In this document: piece after piece, positions 57,087-64,000 of the stretch | Layout: the number at the start of each line of letters is the position of its first letter | How positions within the stretch are numbered: the stretch's first letter is position 1 | DNA from: Eledone cirrhosa | Taxonomy: Eukaryota | Reading direction: 5' to 3' | DNA: 64,000 nucleotides | Assembly (NCBI GenBank): GCA_964016885.1 | Contig: OZ024751.1 | Span: forward strand, 53,444,001 to 53,508,000 | Notes under the pieces: model-generated | The model's database searches: none | What the model was told of the DNA's origin: nothing | The model's input: only the letters and a program-made list of their open reading frames with translations | Position numbers and translations under genes: made by a program

Positions 57087-57819
57087 ATATATATATATAT
57101 ATATATATTCAACAAATATATATATATATATATATTTACAAACATGATATGGAATGTATCGAATTATAGATTTGAAGTGTTGAATATGAATTTCATAGAA
57201 GTGTAAGGGACTCAAACTTAGAAATAAATATAAAGTAGTGTCCAAAAAAATCTGGAGATGAATTGGAAATTTTAAATGATATGTCTATTCAAAGATCTTT
57301 TTTTATCTTTTCTCACTTATTCCTGAGAGGGTCATTGGGGCAGTGTCCTGAAACACTCCTTCTAGTGTATCCTGTCAGAAGTAACCGTCTCCAACTGATC
57401 CGGCTGGATCCCCAAGCTAGACCAGCCCAGGCTCATGGATGTTATCCAACCATCTTGCTCAGAGTGTGTGTGTGAACATATATATATATATATATATTTA
57501 CTGGAAAACAGTGAAAAGAAACACGGAGAACGATTACAAAATATGTTATTAGGTTTAGGTATGTGTAGAATGGAAAAAAGAGGTATCTGCAACATTTCAG
57601 ACCTTAGTCCTTCATCGTGAAGGAAACAAAAGTGGGAGAGAAGTTAGAATAGAGAAAAGGTTAGAGGGGAATAGAGAAGAGGTTAGAGGTGAATAAAATT
57701 AGGGTGTCATCTGTAGAGAGGTGAAATATATATATATATATACACACATATATATGACCCATTGTTAAGTTGGAGACTTAACAAATCAATTATTTTAACA
57801 ACATGGTTTATGTAACAGC

Positions 57820-57825
57820 TTTATT
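57820..57825 (-). promoter_or_regulatory. Candidate polyadenylation signal of the convertase gene
   Basis: AATAAA on the minus strand about 240 nt after the stop codon. Confidence 0.45.
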
Positions 57826-58066
57826 GCAAATTGCAAACTAAGAACAATAATGAAACAAAACAACAGACAATTTAAAAATAAAACAACATAATTTTAAGAT
57901 CAAAATAACTGTATGGAAGATACATAGCATGAGGTTTGTAAACCGATGTTTCTAACCTCTATTATACTATTTTTCTTTTATTCAGTTTTACTTTATAATT
58001 CTGTCCATCTTGTTCATTTTCCTGCGTCCTCTATATTCTGTTGGTATGTTTTCAGTGTGTTCGGTT

Positions 58067-58339
58067 TTAGTAGTCAAAATCCCAGTTGTTATCCAATTCC
58101 CATTTTTGCAGTTGTCTATTCTTTTCTCGCTGCCAGTTCCTCTCCTGTTCTTTCTGTTTCTCTCGTAGCTGTCTTAGTAAACTTTTAAATCGTACAGATT
58201 CAAATTTGTTCCTTATATTAGAGCTGTGTGTTGGAGCATATTCCTTGCTGCCTATTCCATTTAGTTCATCTAGCAATGAGTTCTGTTTGGCTGTTGACTG
58301 TTTGAAAAATGTGCCAGAAGTTGGTGAGATCAGTTCCTC
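58067..58339 (-). CDS. PCSK1: PC1/3-like prohormone convertase, terminal coding exon (charged C-terminal tail)
   Basis: TTTGTTTACATAG acceptor, phase 0 matching the previous exon; EELISPTSG...KWELDNNWDFDY*. Confidence 0.7.
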   Translation of the reverse strand, partial: EELISPTSGTFFKQSTAKQNSLLDELNGIGSKEYAPTHSSNIRNKFESVRFKSLLRQLREKQKEQERNWQREKNRQLQKWELDNNWDFDY

Positions 58340-58412
58340 CTATGTAAACAAACAAAAGTAGACACAAAATATAAATTACAATAATGATTTCTAAATTAGG
58401 CACAAGGCCACA

Positions 58413-58454
<42 letters not shown>

Positions 58455-58994
58455 TCATCATCATCATCATCGTTTAGCGTACATTTTCCACGCTAGCATG
58501 GGTCTATATATATATATATATACATATACATACATGCATATATATATATATATACAATTAGATACATATGTATGTATATATGTATGTGTATATATATATA
58601 TATATAAGCAAGTGCAGCACCATGAAAAATATACACTTCGGCGAGAGGAGATAGTAGAAGAATATATTAGCTTTAACATATGTTTCTGTGCCTTTTATAA
58701 CAGTCTACAGACTACAATATATATTGTTCAATCATATGCAATACTTAATTACTTTTCGCACGTCTTCAGAAATCATAGAGTTGGCTGTGATAGTGTTCTT
58801 TCTGCATGTTGTAGAATTCAGGAATGAATTAAGTTTTATGTTGGTGGATTTAAAAATAGTGTTTATGTTTAAGAATAAAATAAAATAAAATGAGAATAAA
58901 ACAAATGACAATAAAATAAAATACAATAAGCTAGAGTGAAGAGTATATATATATGTGCATGTATGCATGAGACAGAAAGAGAGAATATATTTAC

Positions 58995-59114
58995 CATATC
59001 TCTAGCATAGAAACGTTGTCCTCCAGATCTAAGGGCGTGGTCAGGTATTTCAGAAGTTCCATAAAACACAAGAGTTACATTTTTCACCAAACCAGATGAA
59101 TCTGGAAATGTCTT
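58995..59114 (-). CDS. PCSK1: PC1/3-like convertase exon (end of P domain)
   Basis: TTGCAG/GTAAAT boundaries, 120 nt; [40 protein letters not shown]. Confidence 0.85.
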
Positions 59115-59149
59115 CTGCAAGACAATAAATAAAACAAATGAAATAATCC

Positions 59150-59335
59150 AGTTAACAACTTTAGACCTATCTCTTGCCCTCCACCCCTTCTTTATGTGGA
59201 AAATTATGACAGGTGTCATTGCTGAGGCAATGTATGAAGAATACCTGGGAGAGACACTACCTGAAGAGCAGAAAGGATATAAGAAAAGAAGCAGGGGGAC
59301 TAAAGATCAAATGTTGATTGATAAGACGATCCTTA
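59150..59335 (+). mobile_element. Intronic RT fragment of an R4/Dong-like LINE
   Basis: [15 protein letters not shown]...[21 protein letters not shown]. Confidence 0.7.
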
Positions 59336-59641
59336 ACCCTACTCTATATATACTATTATATTTTCATGGTAAAGGCTTTATCTTACATAATTATCTCACA
59401 TAATATCGAATCTATGAGATTTTGAAAGTAATTATTTTGAGAACAATACCTTAACATCAGTTTGAGCAACCGGTTACAGCCAGTTTCAACAGAAAGAGGT
59501 AGAGAATTCTGGCCGTTTTGGTCGGTTTGAACACTAAAGGGTTAAAGATTGTAAAACCTATGCTCTAACTACTAAGCCATGCACCTTCACATGCTTTTAT
59601 ACAGTTAGGCTAAAATGTGAATTGAGGAGTGCAACACTTAC

Positions 59642-59775
59642 AGTATCTTTGACTATGATTTTCCATGTTCCAAGGGGATCCTCTCCCCACGTTTGTACTG
59701 ACGTTAATGGCCAGTTCACTAATCCTTCTGAAGATTTATCTTTTGGTCTCGGTTGGAACAATTTCGTCTCTGTCC
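59642..59775 (-). CDS. PCSK1: PC1/3-like convertase exon (P domain)
   Basis: TTTTAG/GTAAGT boundaries, 134 nt; GTETKLFQPRPKDKSSEGLVNWPLTSVQTWGEDPLGTWKIIVKDT. Confidence 0.9.
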
Positions 59776-59867
59776 CTAAAAGAAAAAAAAAAGGGATAAA
59801 GTAAAGGTTTTCTTTTTCTTTTTTTACCTTGATTTCTCTCATAGCCATCTCAAACCTACACTGGAAT

Positions 59868-60170
59868 CATGGAGTTGCTGCATGAGTCTACTACATGAAG
59901 TTGCTGCATGAGTCTACTACATGAAATTGCTACATGAGTTTACTACAGGATGCTACTACATGAAGTTACTACATATAGCTACTAGATGAAGTTACTACAT
60001 GAGTTTACTACATTTAATTGTTACATGTGTCTTCTATATGAATGTGCTACATGAGTTTACTACATGAGTTTACTACATGAGTTTACTACATTTAGTTGTT
60101 ACATGTGTCTACTATATGAATGTGCTACACAAATTTACTACATGATGCCACTAAATGAGTCTAACCACAT
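59868..60170. repeat. Degenerate ~13-14-bp minisatellite (TACTACATGAGTT-like)
   Basis: Directly visible. Confidence 0.8.
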
Positions 60171-60454
60171 GTTACTAGTATTGGAGCTGTGATCTCTTAA
60201 GTTGGAGAAGCTGTTTTAACTGGAGTGACTCCCTGATCTCACCATCTTTGGTATCCAATAATCTACAGATGGCTTGAGTATATTACTAGCTTGGTGGGGG
60301 GTCTACAATCTACATCTGACTGGGCCTACAACCATCTTTAGGGACCTACAATTTATATCTGACCTGGGCCCATTACCAGCCTAGAAAATACTACCCACAA
60401 TAAGTATAATATCAATGATTAATAAAATTAGTGAGAAACAGTCTGTCCACTCAC

Positions 60455-60612
60455 CACTTGGTGAAACAACCCAGATTTCCAAGTCCCCTCTCTGGCTGTG
60501 ATCAAGGTTCATAATCACCTGCAGATGTTCTAAATAAATCACTTTATTTGGGGTGTTTTCACATCCATCAGTTGAAACATAAATAGAGACTTCCTTACCA
60601 TCCTTCAGTCTC
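60455..60612 (-). CDS. PCSK1: PC1/3-like convertase exon (P domain with RGD motif)
   Basis: TTTCAG/GTGAGT boundaries, 158 nt; RLKDGKEVSIYVSTDGCENTPNKVIYLEHLQVIMNLDHSQRGDLEIWVVSPSG. Phases join both neighbouring exons. Confidence 0.9.
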
Positions 60613-60655
60613 CTGAAATATAAAAGAAATATATATTATATACATATTATATATA

Positions 60656-61567
60656 GGAGGGCTCTGTAGAAACAGTAGACAGCTTCTGCTACCTAGGTGA
60701 CTGAATTAGCAGCGGAGGTGGGTGTTCAGAAAGTACAATAACTAGGGTAAGAACGGGATGGAAGAAGTTTAGGGAACTACTACCACTGCTAGCTGCAAAA
60801 GGCTTCTCCCTCAGAATGAAAGGCAGACTGTATGATGCGTGTATCCGAACAGCAATGTTGCATGGTAGTGAGACCTGGGCACTGAAGGTGGAAGACTTAC
60901 GTAGATTAGAGAGAAACGAAGCCTGCATGCTCCGATGGATGTGTAACAGTAATATACGTGAACGACAAAGCATAAATGAATTGAGAGAGAGACTGAGCAT
61001 AAGAGGAATCAAATGCTGTGTGCAGGAGAGGCGGTTGCGCTGGTATGGACATGTGATGCGTATGAAGGATGACAGCTGCATAAAAAGGTGCAGAGCACTA
61101 GAAGTTGATGGAAACCGCGAAGTGGGGAGACCCAAGATGACCTGGGATGAGGTGATAAAAGCCGACCTTACCCAATTACACCTATCAAAGGCAATGACAC
61201 ACGACCATGACTTCTGGCGTCACACAGTAATACAGAGTACCCGACCTCCCATGGGTACAAGCTGAAGCATATAGACAATATGCCCCCACACCCCCCACCG
61301 CAAGGTGGTCGTGGAGGTGCCACGGCAAAAAAGCACCCAGCCCACACTGTAAAGTGGACGTGGAGGCGCCACGAAAAAGCACCCAGCACTCACTGTAAAT
61401 GAGGTTGGTGTTAGGAAGGGCATCCAGCTGTAGAAATCAAGCCAAATCAGTTCCTGTATGAGCAAGGCATGGTCAGCCGACCAGATACTGCCCACAACAG
61501 GACAACCCGTCTAACCCATGCTAGCGTGGAAGAACGGACGTAAAACGGTGATGATGATGATGATGAT
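60656..61567 (+). mobile_element. RTE LINE 3' fragment, second subfamily, intronic and antisense to the gene
   Basis: ORF 60816-61265 is homologous to the RTE C-terminus; (GAT)n tail. Confidence 0.92.
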
Positions 61568-61589
61568 AGATATGCATATACACATACAT

Positions 61590-61930
61590 GGAGGCACATG
61601 GCTTAGTGGTTAGAGCATTGGCCTTGCAATCGAAAGGTTGTGAGTTCAATTCTCAGACTGGGTGATGTGTTGTTTCCTTGAGCAAGACACTTTATTTCAC
61701 ATTGTTCTAGTTTACTCAGCTGTAGAAATGAGGTGATATGGACTGGGGTCCATATCATTCCACTGCAAAGTGGTCGTGGAGGTGCCATGGCAAAAAAGCA
61801 CCCAGCACTCACTGTAAATGAGGTTGGTGTTAGGAAGGGCATCCAGCTGTAGAAATCAAGCCAGAATCAGTTCCCGTCCCACCCTTGCAAGCAGGGAAAA
61901 AGCGGACGTAAAATGAAATGATGATGATGA
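61590..61930 (+). mobile_element. tRNA-derived CORE-like SINE with RTE-derived 3' half
   Basis: TGGCTTAGTGG A-box, GAGTTCAATTC B-box, CCTTGAGCAAGACACTT core-like segment, GAT tail. Confidence 0.85.
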
Positions 61931-62201
61931 CCAGCGGCCAGTGGTTAACAAAGGGTAAGGACACCCTTTGGTCATGAATGACCAAAGGGAATTGCAACTA
62001 GAAAGTTCCCCTCCGAGGCACAAGTCCAGGCAAAGTTGTTTGTGGAAGACCAGCAGTCAACCATACATACCAGTCTCCTCTCTTCACGTCACCGATGTTG
62101 TCCAAGGGAAAGGCAATGATCAATACAGCTTGGCACCAGTGACGTCGCAACTCATATATAGACTAAAAACAGTATATATATATATATATATATACACACA
62201 T

Positions 62202-62584
62202 GGAGGCACATGGCTTAGTGGTTAGAGCATTGGCCTTGCAATCGAAAGGTTGTGAGTTCAATTCTCAGACCGAGTGATGTGTTGTTTCCTTGAGCAAGAC
62301 ACTTTATTTCTCATTGCTCCAGTTTACTCAGCTGTAGAAATGAGATGATAGGACTGGGGTCCATATCATTTCACTGCAAAGTGGTCGTGGAGGTGCCATG
62401 GCAAAAAAGCACCCAGCCCACACTGTAAAGTGGACATGTAGACACCATGGAAAAAAAATCACCCAGCACTCACTGTAAATGAGGTTGGTGTTAGGAAGGG
62501 CATGCAGCTGTAGAAATCAAGCCAGAATCAGTTCTCATCCCACCCTTGCAAGCAGGGAAAAGCTGACATAAAAATGATGATGAT
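62202..62584 (+). mobile_element. Second copy of the same SINE
   Basis: Near-identical to 61590-61930, with an extra internal repeat. Confidence 0.85.
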
Positions 62585-63923
62585 TATATATACATATATT
62601 TATCAGCAGCACTGAACATCCATTTTCCTTGCTAGCAAGGGTTGGACAGGTTTTTACAGATGACATCAGTACTCAAGTGAAGCTACAGACCTCCCAGATG
62701 GGCTGGGAGCCTAAATCTCACTTACATATGGTGCTGCACTCTTTTGAGTACATTTTACCATGACACTAGCCCTATGGAGGTTGTCATGTCTTTGACACAA
62801 CTGGAGAGTCTGGCAAGCTTGCTATGGCTGAATGCCCTTCCTATCCCCAACCACTTTACAGGGTATACTGGATATGTTTGTTGTATATATCAGCAATATT
62901 ATAGAGGTTGTTGTGCCGTAGACAACTGAAGTGTCCTTTCAACCATTTTTGACAGGGTTTCTACAGTGGGAAGCCCTTCCTATTGCCAATCACACACACA
63001 CACACACACACACTTACATATATTTTGGTTTTGTTTTGTTTGATTCTTTGACAGAAATGTGGAAGTTTGATGAAAAATCAACAAGAAGAAAACATTAAAT
63101 AAATATAAAAAAATCAAAGAAAAAATGATAGATATAAAGAAAGAAAAAAGGAGTTAAGAAACAAAACTGAATCAGAAGAATTCAAAAGTGAAAGTGACAG
63201 TAGGCAAATAAATAAATAAATAAATAAAATGAAAATGTTAAAACTTGAGAAGTGTGTAAACATGTCTAACAATTAATGTTTATTAAAGCATGATTTATGT
63301 TTAAAGAGTTACTGCTGTAAATAGGTATTTAGAATTAAACTACTGACATGTTTTTAACTAGAGATACACCCACTACTCACGATTTGACTACATGTGAAGA
63401 ACGAGTTGTAGGGAAGTTGATGCATGGAGATTTGTAGCTTGGCTATAATATTATGTATTAGTGTGTATTATTTTGACAATGAGTGTTTGAATTGATTTAT
63501 CAACAGACTGGCCTACTTGTTAAGTTAACATGTAAGTGACTGAGCATTCCACAAACATGTGTATTCTTAGCATGATTCTCAGGGTGATTCAGCATGACAC
63601 AGTATGTGATGAGGCTAACCATTTTAAGAATTTACAGATACAGTCCATTTGATAATTTTCCTAATAATTTCCATCTACCAAATTTCTCTCAGTGGGGGTG
63701 GGTCAACCTGAGACTATGGTAAATGATATTTGTCCAAGATGTCATAGAGTGGAATTGAAACTATAGCACAGAAAAATTAGATACTCTAGTCAAAGACATT
63801 TGAGTCACATTTACATTAACCCTTAAGCATTTAAACCAGCCATATCTGGCTAGAATTCTCTCACCACTTTTGGAATGTGTCAACTGTCACAGATGGTCTT
63901 GAAGAAATACAAAGGATATTTAC

Positions 63924-64000
63924 TTGTTAGATTTGACACTAGGAGTTCTACAGATGTGCTGTTCTGGTACATTTTGCCATTTACCCGGTCTAGCTGCATT
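63924..64000 (-). CDS. PCSK1: PC1/3-like convertase exon (catalytic-to-P-domain linker), partial
   Basis: NAARPGKWQNVPEQHICRTPSVKSN(K); GTAAAT donor, phase 2 matching the next exon. Confidence 0.85.

Noticed and set aside
57583-57625. Hammerhead-like CACGATGAAGGACTAAGGTCTGAAATG on the minus strand
   Set aside because: The core and helices I and III are too degenerate to call; at most a decayed PLE terminus.
61590-61660. tRNA gene
   Set aside because: A and B boxes are present, but no convincing cloverleaf forms and the sequence continues into a SINE body.

Overview
Repeat-dominated eukaryotic genomic DNA, most likely from an octopus or other cephalopod. This is inferred from the huge (TA)n/(TACA)n fields, RTE and CR1 LINEs and tRNA-derived SINEs, and is not verified. 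About two thirds of the window is AT-rich microsatellite, and the long Tyr/Ile-rich ORFs in the track are artefacts of it. One host gene is present: the last five coding exons of a PC1/3-like prohormone convertase on the minus strand (58067-64000). Mobile elements include an apparently full-length CR1-clade LINE (30623-~35163, minus), truncated CR1 and RTE copies, R4/Dong-like, Tx1-like and Penelope-like fragments, and SINEs. The main discovery candidate is a 422-bp tandem and inverted array (47015-49377) in which every unit carries a minimal type I hammerhead ribozyme with a palindromic helix III, i.e. a retrozyme-like non-coding retroelement. A diverged copy at ~41.1-41.7 kb shows compensatory base changes. 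Three further hammerheads (36886, 42554, 49661) sit in Penelope-like termini. The second candidate is the CR1 ORF2, which has no usable AUG and overlaps ORF1 in the -1 frame across two canonical slippery heptamers, suggesting programmed -1 ribosomal frameshifting. All structures were derived by eye; no folding or database searches were run.
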